64,000 nt of DNA from Macrostomum hystrix (taxonomy: Eukaryota; Animalia; Platyhelminthes), in the NCBI GenBank assembly GCA_950097015.1, contig CATNEN010000003.1:5208001-5272000 (forward strand), written 5' to 3'. The translations under genes were made by a program, and so were the position numbers. Under the pieces are notes generated by a model. The model saw only the letters and a program-made list of their open reading frames with translations, was not told the origin of the DNA and made no database searches. This document shows positions 35,962-49,000 of the stretch, piece by piece; within the stretch, counting starts at the first letter, position 1, and every line of letters starts with the position of its first letter.

Positions 35962-38349
35962 TCAGTGCTTGCCTCCGAACGCTTTTAGCAGTTCGATGGG
36001 CAGCGGGAACACGATCGTGGAGTTCTTTTCAGCTGCAATCGTGTTCAGAGTCTGCAGGTAGCGAAGCTGTAGAGCTGACGGAGACTCGTTGATGACATCG
36101 GCGGCCTCCTTCAACGCCCGGGAGGCCTTCTGCTCGCCCTCGGCAGCGATGACCTTCGCCTTGGCCTCGCGAAGAGCTTCGGCTTCAGCGGCCATGGCGC
36201 GCTGCATCTGCACTGGCAGACGGACGTCCTTCACCTCGACGCGCTCAACCTGTTGATAGGAGATGTATTTTACAATTCGGACGTGAAATGATGATTATGC
36301 CATGGAAAAATATTATTTTATTCAATGATTTCAACTAAGCAGACCCGTCCCGTCCTTCTTCGTCTAGTGGTCCTTAAAACCAACACGTGCAGAGAAAAAG
36401 AAAATGCCATTCTTATTGCCATGGACGCACGTGTTAGCGTTTCAGAATCATTCCAGTGATACCATAGACATTTTTGCCCGGCCGTTTTTAGTATATTCGA
36501 CTAGCAAACCAACCCCTCAGACAGACAAGCTTGGTAAAAAGTCTCTTGTATGTTTTTCTTTCGCTCAACTAAAAAAACTAAGTGCCATCTCCTCGAAGGA
36601 GATGGCATATTACAGATATAAGACAAGCGAGCAGATGACCATGGAAATAAGCAAAAGAAAAATACCATTTAGTTGAACAGCCTCTCCACTAGAAGACTGT
36701 CTCACCTTGACACCCCAAGGATCCGTGGCGATGTCCAGACTCTCCTGCATCGTGTGAGCGATGATCTCACGTTCGCCCAACACCTCGTGCAGCGTCTTCG
36801 TGCCCAGTGTGTTGCGAAGGGTGGTCTGAGCCAGCAGGCGAGTGGCTCGATGCACATCCTCGATCTCGACGGTGGCTCTGATCGGGTCGAAGATGCGATA
36901 GTACACAACGGCATCAACGGCCACGGTGACCGAGTCCTTGGTGAGAATCTCTTGAGGCGGCACGTCGAATGTCACTGTGCGCAGGTCGATCACCTTAATG
37001 TTGTCAATGCAGGGCATGATGAAGAACAGACCTGGGCCTGAAAGATAATATGTGATTTCAAGTTTGTATTATTTGAAATCATAAAAAATAATATTAAACT
37101 TAATATATTTGTACTCAGTTTTTTGGTTAAGCAAGCTTAAATTTAGTATAATTGACTAGCAAAGCAACCCCCACGAGATAATTAACGCTTTTTTGCATCA
37201 ATTTTCTCTTTTTACAAATCTACGAGCTTTACCAAATACTGCTTCATTATGATGGCAATGTGAATCCAGCTTTACCTTTAGGCTGTCCCTGAATGCGGCC
37301 AAGCCGGAAAATGACCGCCCGTTCGTACTGCTGCACAATCTTTATGCAGGCGCACAACGAGAACGGGAAGGTCAGGATAATGAGCAAGATGCTGAGTCCT
37401 TTCAGCAGGCACTCGCAGCACCCGCAGCCCTGCGGTGTCTCCTCTCTTTCCTGGTGAACAGGTTGCTGCATCTTGCTAGTAGGGGCCACTCCTGTTGATA
37501 TTGCGAGTTGAAAATGTTATTGAGTCTTGGCCTACTTCAAAAACTTTTAATTAATGTACTCCAGTGGCGTAGCCAGGATTTTTCTCCAAGAGGGCGCTTT
37601 TTGGGGGCGCTACTACCACGGGGCGCCACTACTACGGAGGCGCCACTACTACGGGGGCGCGACTACCATGGGGGCGCTACTACCACGGGGGCGCCACTAC
37701 TACGGGGGCGCCACTACTACGGGGGCGCCACTATTACGGGGGCGCCACTACCACGGGGGCGCTACTACCACGGGGGCGCTACTACCACGGGGGGCGCCAC
37801 TACTACGGGGGCGCCACTACTACGCGGGCGCCACTACCACGGGGGCGCTACTACCACGGGGGGCGCCACTACTACGGGGGCGCCACTACCACGGGGGGTG
37901 CTACTACCACGGGGGCGCCACTACCACGGGGGGCGCTACCTACTCGTACTATGGGGCACCACATAGTTTCGTCAGCCAATTAGGGGGGGCCACCTGGCTA
38001 CGCCCCTGAGCTACTCACTGTAATGGTCTCTCTGTGAGGTGCTGCCACCAGATTCTCCGGTGTTGTCGCTCCCAACCTTTCCGGGTTTTCGGCTCTTTTG
38101 CTTTCCTGCGGCCTGAGCTGCAGAAGCAGCAACTGCGCCTTTGGTGCCTTCGCTGGATGCTTCCTCGACTCTTACCTCCTGCCGGGAAGATCTCGGACTT
38201 TCGTACTTCGGAGCGTCCACGCTGAACTTGCTAACCTCCACGGGTGGAACAGCCTCGGCGTGGTCTGAATCGGCGAAACGCTGCCCTTTAAAGCTTCCTC
38301 CCTGCTGTTGACGATCTCTGCGCTGCTCAGCGAGGCTGTCGTAGGACAT
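35962..38349 (-). CDS. Stomatin / band 7 (mec-2-like) SPFH protein, 388 aa
   Basis: Exons 38349-38019 (phase 1), 37491-37276 (phase 1), 37037-36706 (phase 0), 36249-35962; 1167 nt in frame. Motifs [16 protein letters not shown]-like [51 protein letters not shown]. Confidence 0.93.
37562..38008. mobile_element. hAT-type MITE in stomatin intron 1, filled with a GC-rich ~17-bp minisatellite (GGGGGCGCCACTACTAC)n
   Basis: TIRs CAGTGGCGTAGCCAGG / CCTGGCTACGCCCCTG; 8-bp flanks ATGTACTC / AGCTACTC match at 6 of 8 positions. Confidence 0.78.
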
Positions 38350-39434
38350 TAACTTTGCGAGGCCGGCTGGGTCCTAGCGGCGAGGGCGTTTCGCTTTCCA
38401 AGAGGCGCGTCGAGCAATAAATATACTCGTAGTTTCTTCAACTCTCTGCCTCACACTTTGGGCTCTGTGCACAGATTGGCAGCATAAAAAACCCGCTTTC
38501 GTGTGCTTGCCAGCTAGCAATTAAATTTTTGCAAACAGGGTTACGTTCCTTTGGCTATGTGCCCATGCTGCGCCCTAGACACTACACACTCGGCAAGCAT
38601 CGTTACCATGGCGACAGAGAAACTCAAGTAAGAAAGGCTGCAACCACGGCTTCATCTACAGAGAAAAGAGGGTCAACACTCCGTCTCTACCCCTGACCCT
38701 CTCTCTCATCTCATAGAGCAGCTACGAAGACTCACAATTTATTCTCTGGCAGCTATTTTTACTTGCAGCATGGCTGACTCTGTTTAAGAAAAATAGCTTC
38801 GATCTTAATACTATATTCTTGTGTGACTAAAAGTTGCTAAAATAGGAAAGAATGAGCCATGAGTTTGAGTTCAGGTTCAAAGCGTTCCAAAGTATTTTTT
38901 AACGAAAGCAATTAGCACAGCAGACCATACTCGAGTTGGCCCAGTTTTAAGAGGCAAAATTTTAGTTTTTTTAATGCGAACTATCGATTCATTATTTGTG
39001 TGTACATGATTAACTAGGAAAAAACACAGATACTATGGTAACTATAGACACGTCCCTAAGAAATATACCATCTAGATATTACTTTCAGGTCAGTACTCGT
39101 AGAAATAGGAAAAATTCGATTATATTTTATTACGCTCGTAGTTGCTTTGAAAGTTACTTTGAATTTACTCGTTTTTCTCTTATTTTCTTTTAACTTGGAT
39201 ATATTTGTCCCAATCAAATAAATGGCATGGAAGTGTGTGATTGCTTTAAAACATTTTTTCAATTCCGTACATACTTCAAGTAGCGATAAAAGCATTTTGA
39301 CGCTAAATTATATTCAATTTCTTTACTTATTCACTGATTAGATAATAACCAGTAGGGTGAGAATTTGTCAATATGAGGTACGATAAAAATGGCCGACATG
39401 AGATACGACTTGATAAGAGGGGACGAATATCGTT

Positions 39435-39690
39435 GAGGTGAGATTAGAGTCTAGATGACAAGAAATGAGATGAGATTAGAGACAAGATGAATTGAGATGA
39501 GAGACGAGATGAGATGAGATGAGAGTCGATATGAGATAAGAGTCGAGACGAGACGGGATGAGATGAGATATGAGATGAGAGTCGGTATGAGATGAGAGTT
39601 GAGACGAGACGAGATGAGAGTCGATATGAAATGAGAGTTGAGATGAGATCAGATTAGATGAGAATCGCAGAGATGAGAAATTAGAGATTA
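39435..39690. repeat. Degenerate (GAGAT)n microsatellite
   Basis: Visible tandem units. Confidence 0.8.
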
Positions 39691-40206
39691 ACTGAGTTGT
39701 TATTCTAAGCCTATGCCTAATTCAGTAGAAGCCATTAGGGATGCCATGTCACGGATGTAGGGCAAATTAATTTTTGCGATGCTCAAACCCTGCTCAGAAT
39801 GATGATTTGGCATGCCACCGCCCGGGCAATTTTGGCAGGTTTTAGCAAGTTAGTCAGTTAGGCTTATATATTGCCTTATTCGGAATTCATTTGAGGCAGG
39901 GGTGCTTAGAGTGACATTGTGTCTCAGATTTAGGATTCTGTGAGATAGATGGGGCATATGCGAGACTGCCCAGATACAGAAAATACATGATGCCACTAGC
40001 AACAAATGCGCCCACGCGGACTTGGGCTTTGCGAATAGGGCGGGAGATTATTTTTTTCTCTTCTAAATTTGGTTCGAAACGCGATTCGGGTCAAATAATT
40101 TTTTAAGGAAAAATCTTTTTTATATGAGTGATGAGTATTTATTTAGTTAATAGATGCGAAAAGCTTTGATAAGGTACGGCCTTTTGAAAGAAAGGTATTT
40201 GCCTTA

Positions 40207-40880
40207 GTCACTCTGCCTAAAACGTGTTGATCACTGCCTAACAGGTGTTGGTCACTGTCTAACAGGTGTTGATCACTGTCTAACAGGTGTTGATCACTGT
40301 CTAACAGGTGTTGATCACTGTCTAACAGGTGTTGGTCACTGTCTAACAGGTGTTGGTCACTGTCTAACAGGTGTTGGTCACTGTCTAACAGGTGTTGGTC
40401 ACTGTCTAACAGATGTTGATCACTGTCTAACAGGTGTTTATCACTGTCTAAGAGGTGTTGCTCACTGTCTAACAGGTGTTGATCACTGTCTAACAGGTGT
40501 TGGTCACTGTCTAACAGGTGTTGATCACTGTCTAACAGGTGTTGGTCACTGTCTAACAGGTGTTGGTCACTGTCTAACAGGTGTTGGTCACTGTCTAACA
40601 GGTGTTGATCACTGTCTAACAGATGTTGATCACTGTCTAACAGGTGTTGGTCACTGTCTAACAGGTGTTGATCACTGTCTAACAGGTGTTTATCCCTGTC
40701 TAACAGGTGTTGATCACTGTTTAACAGGTGTTGGTCACTGCCTAACAGGTGTTGATCACTGTCTAACAGGTGTTGATCACTGTCTAACAGGTGTTGGTCA
40801 CTGTCTAACAGGTGTTGATCACTGTCTAACAGGTGTTGATCACTGTCTAACAGGTGTTGATCACTGTCTAACAGGTGTTG
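40207..40880. repeat. 21-bp minisatellite (GTCTAACAGGTGTTGATCACT)n
   Basis: Tandem units; source of the DSDQHLL pseudo-ORF. Confidence 0.95.
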
Positions 40881-41896
40881 AGAGTGATAAATCACTGTTT
40901 TAAGTTTATAAGTTTGCATTGCTCTGTCAACAGGAAAAAGATGGACCTGTAACTACGCACATTATTTAAACAGTGAAAATTCGTATTTATTTTAATCGAC
41001 AAGTTTACGAGTACCAATAAATCTACATTGTGTTTGATATTTTAGACGTTTATCGAAATTATTAAATGACAGAACGAAATTTTGGCCCTACACACTACAC
41101 ATGTATACAGTTGAAGCATTTTATAATATATATCGAAATCTCGATGCATATTTTGCACTATAGGACAACAATTTCCGCAGCATGAATAAATATATTTGTA
41201 GGCATTTTTAAGTAAATCACTGCAAAACGAATGATGAAAACACGTGCAAAAACGACAATCGAATCTGCCGTGCTGTCAATGTGCTCTAGGATCATTATAT
41301 AAGTATTTTTTGCACCAGGGGCCCAACCGTTAATTTCCCTGCCCTGCGTTGCCCTGCACTGGTTTTGAACTCAGGCGCACATAAACCGGCAGTTGGAGGA
41401 GGGAGGTGGTTGGCGTCATAAATAATTCAGAAAGCACTTGGTTTGGCATGCCCAAATAGGAGAGGCTTAAGCCTTTAATATCACAAGCCTGTTGTGTGCG
41501 CGCGTGTATATTGTGACCTCGAGTTTTCACACCCCCGCAGTGGGGGGTGGCTGGGCGGGGTGGAGGACCTGCGGAAAAAGGCTAACGGGCCTTAGTATGA
41601 GGAATTCCGCCTCTCAGTCTATTGGTTGGCTATTTTTAGCCTCTCAGTGCGGGTTGAATTCCTGCGCCTTTTTACTAAAAGTTTCTATTTTTAGCTACGC
41701 ACGCAGAAGCGCGCTAGGCTTTTGCATTCTCATTCAACCAGAGCGAGACGTACAACCACTGAGAGGAGGCGCGCGAAAATCGAGTGGGCGGCATTCAGTT
41801 TTCTGCCCTGCATTTAAGAGCCAGCTATTGCCACATCTTCAAAACGAAAGTCCAGAGAGGAAATTAGAGGCCTGATGAAAATTCACATAGGAAAGA

Positions 41897-42340
41897 ATGG
41901 AGTCCTCCTCAGACGTCAATGACAGCACTGCGGGACCGTCCAAAGCGGGGCCGTCATCGCCTCTAGCCGTAGCTCATGCCCTACTGCAGCTGTCTGTGGC
42001 CAAAGCGCTCGAACAGAGGCGCAGGCGAACTGGAATCGACCTGCGGCGCAGTCTTCTCATCGCCGGACTAGCAGGTCGGGCTCGAGACCAGCTGCAGCTG
42101 CACATCAGCAGGATGCAGCACAAGCGTGGAGCTGCGTGCTCGGCGAACAGCCCGAACGCGCCAGTTGAGCAGTCTGTTAATGCTAGTAGTTGCAACAAGC
42201 GTTTGAGATTGGTGGAGCCCCAGCTGCAGCCGCCGAACAGCTCCATCAAATGTAGCGATCCGGCTGATGTCCGTGACGATTCCAAATCTGAGCCATCGTC
42301 AGCGCCGCCACCGTCATCGCCAAGTCATCGTGGCGGCTAG
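41897..42340 (+). CDS. Small intronless IER/SERTA-like protein, 147 aa
   Basis: Helical motif ALLQLSVAK..RRRRTGIDLRRSLLIAGLAGRAR resembles the IER N-terminus and SERTA domain; KRLRL basic patch; GC-rich ORF in an AT-rich context. Confidence 0.62.
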   Translation: MESSSDVNDSTAGPSKAGPSSPLAVAHALLQLSVAKALEQRRRRTGIDLRRSLLIAGLAGRARDQLQLHISRMQHKRGAACSANSPNAPVEQSVNASSCNKRLRLVEPQLQPPNSSIKCSDPADVRDDSKSEPSSAPPPSSPSHRGG

Positions 42341-43022
42341 ATAATTAGCCTAATGATGGAGCAACTCCCGACAAGTTAGCATCATATTGTATTGCGAAGT
42401 GCAATTTTAATATTTAACCTGAAATTACTTATTCGTAATACTCTAATGAGAATCAGCTAATGCTGACAGATAGGTCGGAAGTTCGAATCTCAGCCAAACG
42501 GAAAAATTACTTGATATCATCGTTTACCCAGATAACTGTATAGTCGACTATAGTTCATGGTGCCATTGTAGATACAATTACGTGTATAAAGTAATTTTTT
42601 TGCATGAATAGCTATACAATAAGATTATGACTGTAATTTTCATGGTTTAGCATTTTCATCCCTATGCATACAATACGACAGCTAAAATAGTCGAATCCTA
42701 CATTGCATTAGCAGATGTACAGCAACCCGTTTGATGTTGATAAAATTGATGCAAAAGAAATTATTAATACCATGTTCTTTCTCATTCGTAATTCAGTTCA
42801 TGACTAATGTATATATAGTATCGAAAACACAATTGACTTGCATAAATATTTCATAAAGCACTGCATTCAATGCACCTGTCATTAAATTAAGACTTGAAAA
42901 AATGGTTGTTTATAATATTTGATTGATCACAAAGGATCACTGCAGGTAGCGCTTCTATAGCTACTATAGACTGTTAGTCTAGAAGTCCATGGATGACATC
43001 TGAACCAACCGGGAAAGATGAG

Positions 43023-43265
43023 CATCTGAAGTCTGCGTACGGCTGTTCAGTCCATGGACTGGGAGACGCCATGCACAAAACCTAAATTACCCTACCTAAT
43101 TCTGGTACCAATTGGTACAAATTTAGCAGCTGAATAGACTGAAGCAACGCAGAGTTTTATAGATATTGTGTGTTGCTAAAGGACACAAATTGTTCTGCAA
43201 TGAACTCGGGAATCGAACCCCCGATCTTCAGGATGCACTGCACTGATCATCAGGCTACAACCCCT
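43023..43265 (-). mobile_element. tRNA-derived SINE copy
   Basis: CAGTCCATGGACTG, GCTAAAGGACACAAATTGTT, GGGAATCGAACCC shared with the other copies. Confidence 0.78.
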
Positions 43266-43925
43266 GCACTAGGCTACAACCCCTGCACTAGGCTACAACC
43301 CCTGCACTAGGCTACAACCCCTGCACTAGGCTACAACCCCTGCACTAGGCTACAACCCCTGCACTAGGCTACAACCCCTGCACTAGGCTACAACCCCTGC
43401 ACTAGGCTACAACCCCTGCACTAGGCTACAACCCCTACGCTTGGCTACAACCCCTACACTAGGCTACAACCCCTGCACTAGGCTACAACCCCTGCACTAG
43501 GCTACTAGGCTACAACCCCTGCACTAGGCTACAACCCCTGCACTAGGCTACTAGGCTACAACCCCTGCACTAGGCTACAACCCCTGCACTAGGCTACTAG
43601 GCTACAACCCCTGCACTAGGCTACAACCCCTGCACTAGGCTACAACCCCTGCACTAGGCTACAACCCCTGCACTAGGCTACAACCCCTACACTAGGCTAC
43701 AACCCCTGCACTAGGCTACAACCCCTGCACTAGGCTACAACCCCTGCACTAGGCTACAACCCCTACACTAGGCTACAACCCCTGCACTAGGCTACAACCC
43801 CTGCACTAGCCTACAACCCCTGCACTAGGCTACAACCCCTGCACTAGGCTACAACCATGCTACTTCAAGCCCTACCCTGCACTAGGTTACAATCCCTGCA
43901 ACATAGCCGCTAGAACCCCTACTAA
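43252..43925. repeat. 19-bp minisatellite (GGCTACAACCCCTGCACTA)n, contiguous with the SINE 5' end
   Basis: Visible tandem units. Confidence 0.94.
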
Positions 43926-44817
43926 CAAGTAAATAAAAATATTAAAAATGCCATAATTAATCTGTCAAACAAGCCTTCCCATTCTTCAGGACATTTATAC
44001 AGATAGCATTCAAGAATTATGACAATTTATCCATTTGAAAGTAGCCAAGTGAAAAACTTGCCAAAAGTTGACTAATGCACACATGCAGCTTCGTACGTGT
44101 GTCATAATTAGACTCAGTATAAGTACTGTACATGTGATAGCTTAGTGCATACTTTGGCGTGTTAACACTACAGTACAATTTTAACGAACACTTAAAATAG
44201 GCTTTCACAATGGGTGACGCAGACATTTTCCAACTAAGCGCACGCAGCAGTGCATTAATTTTGCAGATGTGAAAACAGCTAGTCTGCAAATTAAGTACTG
44301 GGTCATGCTACGAGCGCATATACACAATTTCGCGCACGAATTCCAAGTTTATTATTTGCTTACGCAGGTGTTGTTTTCACATCAGCGCGACTGCAATCAA
44401 GCACACGTACTGCAGGATTGATGTTTGACGTCAACATATCTTTAAATTACACACAGCGCCCATTTATACAAAATGGAATGGAATTTCTTGTCGCCGAGGA
44501 TGCGGCAGCGCTAATTGGCGCATTTGCGTCAGAGATATTGTACTAAATTGGTGGATGTGCCTCTATACTGTACATCAAAACTAAACTTCTTTTTCAGATG
44601 TCAATCGAGGAAGTTCATTTATTCAGCAATTTCTTCACCCGAAAAACCTGTCTTACACTTTTTCTATTGAAGAAGTAGCAATTTAACAGCTTTTCTACTG
44701 GGTCTTCCTTGTATGCTATTTAACTCGTTGTAAAGAGCTAAGACTAGAAGGTCGAAGATTTGATTACGGACTCCATTTAAACAATTCTATTAGAACACAC
44801 AGCAATTAGCTATAGAG

Positions 44818-44945
44818 CAGAGGTCGGCAAACTCCGACCCGAGGGCCAGATGCGGCCCTCGAAGTTCCTATCCTGTTTTATCTTTCCCGTCTCATTTCTA
44901 CAGTCAATGCGGCCCGCTGTCGTTTGTAAGTTCTGCCGACCCCTG
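44818..44945. mobile_element. Short hAT MITE, same family as 33154-33829 in opposite orientation
   Basis: Ends CAGAGGTCGGCAAAC and GTTCTGCCGACCCCTG; internal GGCCAGATGCGGCCCTCGAAG shared. Confidence 0.75.
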
Positions 44946-46023
44946 AGCTACAGTAATTATTAAGAATACGGTAGGAGCCAGACCAGTCCATGGACTGAAC
45001 ACCGCTGTGGCTGTGCTTTCGTTGGCAAATCAATTAATGTACATTGAGCCTGAAAACTAGACAGTAAATTAATGAACATTTGTGTATTACCCATGTATTA
45101 CCTTGATCTTCTAAGCAGGAGTTCGACTTGTTAAAAGCAAAAATCTATTTGAAAAAGCCTACCCTGTACATGAAACGAGAGAAAATTGCAGACGTAAGCC
45201 ACAAGAAAAGCATAAATACGATTTTGTTTTTCCGAAACCGTTTTTAATTATTTAAATTGGCCATGTCAAGACAAGGCTCACTATAGAGCAAAACAATACG
45301 CTCGCTTATTCAGACTCGTTAATTTGTTGACACTTTATTGCCACGTTTATTGAGAAAACCAATAAAATGATGGAACAAAGTTGCAGTAGGAAAACTACAC
45401 TTTAACGCCAGTGTTACTAACAGTAGCTAAAAAATTATTTTCAGAAAAATTATTAAAAAATTCAAGGGGAAAAAGCAAGGACAGGGCTGATACAACATTT
45501 AAGTATGATTAGGATAACAAGGATGCTAAGGAAAATAGGATAAACAAATTGAAAAAGGAAGTGGTACAGGGAGAATACTTAGGTGCACTAGACTGGGTGG
45601 GAGAAGTGTTAAAATTAACAAAGCCGAATATTTTGAGCTTTATAAGGTCTAGAAGCTGCAGAACAGGATTACAGAAATTTGCAAGCGAGCAAAATTTATT
45701 AATAAATAATAAATAAAGTTCAGGGGAGAGAATAGAATAACTGCAAACGGCGCCCAAAAAAACATTGCAACAGCATTTTTGTGTCAAGTTACCCATGTTT
45801 AATAGCCCTATAAATTGGGAAAACTAAGAATTGGGAAATTATTACAAGGATATTACATGAGACAAAAAAGGATGGCTGACATAAAAATACGAACCGAGCC
45901 TGTTGACTGTTGTTGCGTCCAAAATAGGTGCAAAGTTTAATAATTACGTCAATTTTAGAAATGGTGATAGAAACACGATATTAAGGGGCATGCCCGAGAC
46001 GTTTAGTTTCAGACAGGATTTTG

Positions 46024-49000
46024 TTAGTACTGGCCGGAGTACTTCTTCACGCTGAAATAATGAATAGGGGACGCAGCAGCGATATTAAAATGAGCGGTTG
46101 ATTAAAATACGAGAATTAATAATATAGTAGCAAATTGATATGCATTCGCTAATTGACTTGAGCTTGTAAATAATAATAATAAAGATAATAGTCGATTACA
46201 CCAAATCAGACCAGATCTGCAGCCGTAGCTATTATGCGGCTCATATGAAGTCTGCTTACGTCAGTTCAGTCCATGGACAGGGAGGACGCCACGCTAAGTT
46301 ATAATTACCACAGCTTATTCTGGTACCCATTCAACAGGCAGGTCAGTGAAAGCAATGCACCCGGGTGAAAGAGTCCTGCTGAAGGACACAAATTGTTCCA
46401 GTGGAGTCGGGAATCGAACCCTTAACCTTAAAGTTTGAGTCCGATGCTCCAAGAACTGGCACATCATATGGTGACACTAGAACCGCAGTCAGAGGTAGGC
46501 AATTTTTCCCTTCCCGTTGACTCCTAAGCCAAACGCACACAGATACCGTACGCAGGCAAACACTCACACAGGGTGTACATCTGCCTTGACTTTCTCATCG
46601 TCAGGCTGTGTACACTCCTCGGCATTTAAGAGCGTAAATCGCACGACAAGCCTAAAAGGCCTTTTCTCTGCAGCTGCAGCAAGTTATAGGCTACAAATAC
46701 AACTTGTGAATTCTAACAAGTGATGATTGAGTGCATCTTGTGCAGTAGTGCAAGTTTCACATTGCTTAGTTACGAAACACAACATAGAAGTCATTGTTAT
46801 ATTGAGTAACAAAAAACTACAAATACAAAAACCGTTGCTTTCAGGCAGCAAACGCGGAAGACAGTAACAATTGGCCCTAACTATAGTAAGCGAATGCATT
46901 AAGATCCCATTGCCAGATGTTAAGGCACGACATGCTCTGCAAATATCGCACACAAAACTGTTTTAAGTAGACTTCGCATTCTAATTACTTCGGCAATCAA
47001 GGGCATGAGCGGCAGTGTTTAGAGACGCAAAGTTACGCGAGTTATTTGGTGTGATATTATATTCAGCAGAGGGATCATGCGCGATGGGAAATAATGCAAC
47101 GATGAGCCAATAAATTTGGCTCTACTTAAGTCATAGAGCAGGACAACTATCACTGGTCTTCCACGCCAACCAAGCCATTTTTAATCGAATTTGAACTTGA
47201 AATCTAGGGCTAGGGGACATATATTAGGTTAAATAGGATTTTAACAACACTTTCAACACAACATCGAAGTTTAGTAACAAAACGCGCGTCAGTGATATGC
47301 ACGCTACGTTCATGCTACTTATTAGTAGACCAGGCATTAGACAGAAGTTGCTTAGGCCATCATAATAAAAGTTGAACTACTTACCACATCTGCAACAGAT
47401 ACTGGGCATTCTGAATCTGCTCCTGGGTGCCGCGAATAGTAATGATGCGATCCTGGCCGGGCTCGCCGCGGTCAATTTTTATATCGGCGCCGGATTCCAT
47501 TCGAATCTGTTTGATGCGCTGACCGCCGCGACCCATGATAGAACCGGTCAGAGAGTCCGGAATAGAAACCTACAATAATGAAAAAGGAAAAAATACGTAA
47601 AAAAGAAATCCATACTACTTAGCAGCAATAAATTAAGGTAGTAAGAAAAACTTGCTAAGATGCTGACGAAACATCCGTCAGTATTGCCTTAAAACATATT
47701 CTCTACCGTCACATCGACATATATCCACAAGTTCATAATAATCTTATTGCTAAATAAGCTAATCTGAATCAAACTTCCACAACCCAAGCGGCCTTCAGTA
47801 ACATTTTGGATTCTCTCATTGGTGTTAAACTTAATTAAAACAGCAGGTAGGGATTGGGATTTTTACCTGTTGAGTAGTCTCGATACCACGCGGCGCACCG
47901 GGCCTGGGACCGCCGAAGGCTCCGGGCGGCGGCGGGGGCAAACCCGGCTGCATTCCGGCGCCCATAGGGCCGCCGGCGCCTAGCTGCGGCCCGCCGCGTT
48001 GCATAGCCTGAGCAGCCTGTGGCAGGCCAGCACGCATGTGATGCTGTGGACCGGCGGCGCCGGCTCCTCCGTAGCCAACTGGACCGGCGCCCATGCCGCC
48101 CATGCCGTCGGGTCGGCCGGCGCGTCCGCCGCCGCCCACCCAGCCGCCGTATTGTTCGGCGTTGAATTCGTCGAAATTTCTGGCATCGTAATTGGCTAGT
48201 TGTCCCTTTGGTGGAGCGCCCTCCAGCAGTTCTTGAATCATGCGCACTGATTTTAGTAGATCTTCTGGCGCGCCAACCAATTGCACAACGCGATCGGTTG
48301 AGACTGGGCAGGTGACGGAATAAACCTGGAGAATTTTATTTGCAGGGCAATGAATTAATTACCCTGTTCGACTTTATGAACAGATGTTAAGTCTGATTAG
48401 CTTTTTTACAGGCTGAGTAAAATGCTCAGTGTGAGAGCTATAGATTTTCGACTAGGTCGGGGAGTTGGAATTCTAGCTTGAGACCAAAATTTGTTAATCT
48501 AGCGTTTTCTACTAGCAATAGAACAGCTGGCATTCAGCGAATTTTGACTACCGGAAGTACTAGAACAAGCTACGTGTGCTCAGAATGCATGATACTATCT
48601 AGCTAGAAAAAAACTACAAAATACCCTGTAAAAAATTCGGCTGCTTTTTCGTGCAAAATAGGAGTGGAATATACCAAAATCCCCCCTATCTCGCAAAAGT
48701 TAAAGAAACCACCCAGGAAGCAGCCGATGTGATCGTAAATTGTGCGGAAACCGCCGAAAAATCACCAGAACCAGCGGCGCATGGGACAACCAGAGAATTA
48801 TTTACGGTCGATTCCTCGGCGGTTTCTGAGCATGGAATCTCAGGAACTGGAGGATTCTTTGGTTGATTCCATTTCGCCACCAAGAAGCACCCAGAAACCG
48901 CCCAGTTGGACAGATTCCAAGCATGGAATCATTGGATTGGTCTGTTTCCAGCGTTTGGCTGTTTCTTTTTCTGGAAACACCGCAGATTCCAACTGGAATC

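Noticed and set aside
38720-38750. Spliced-leader-like sequence CGAAGACTCACAATTTATT
   Set aside because: Only a short resemblance to a flatworm SL recalled from memory; lacks the terminal ATG|GT and an Sm site.
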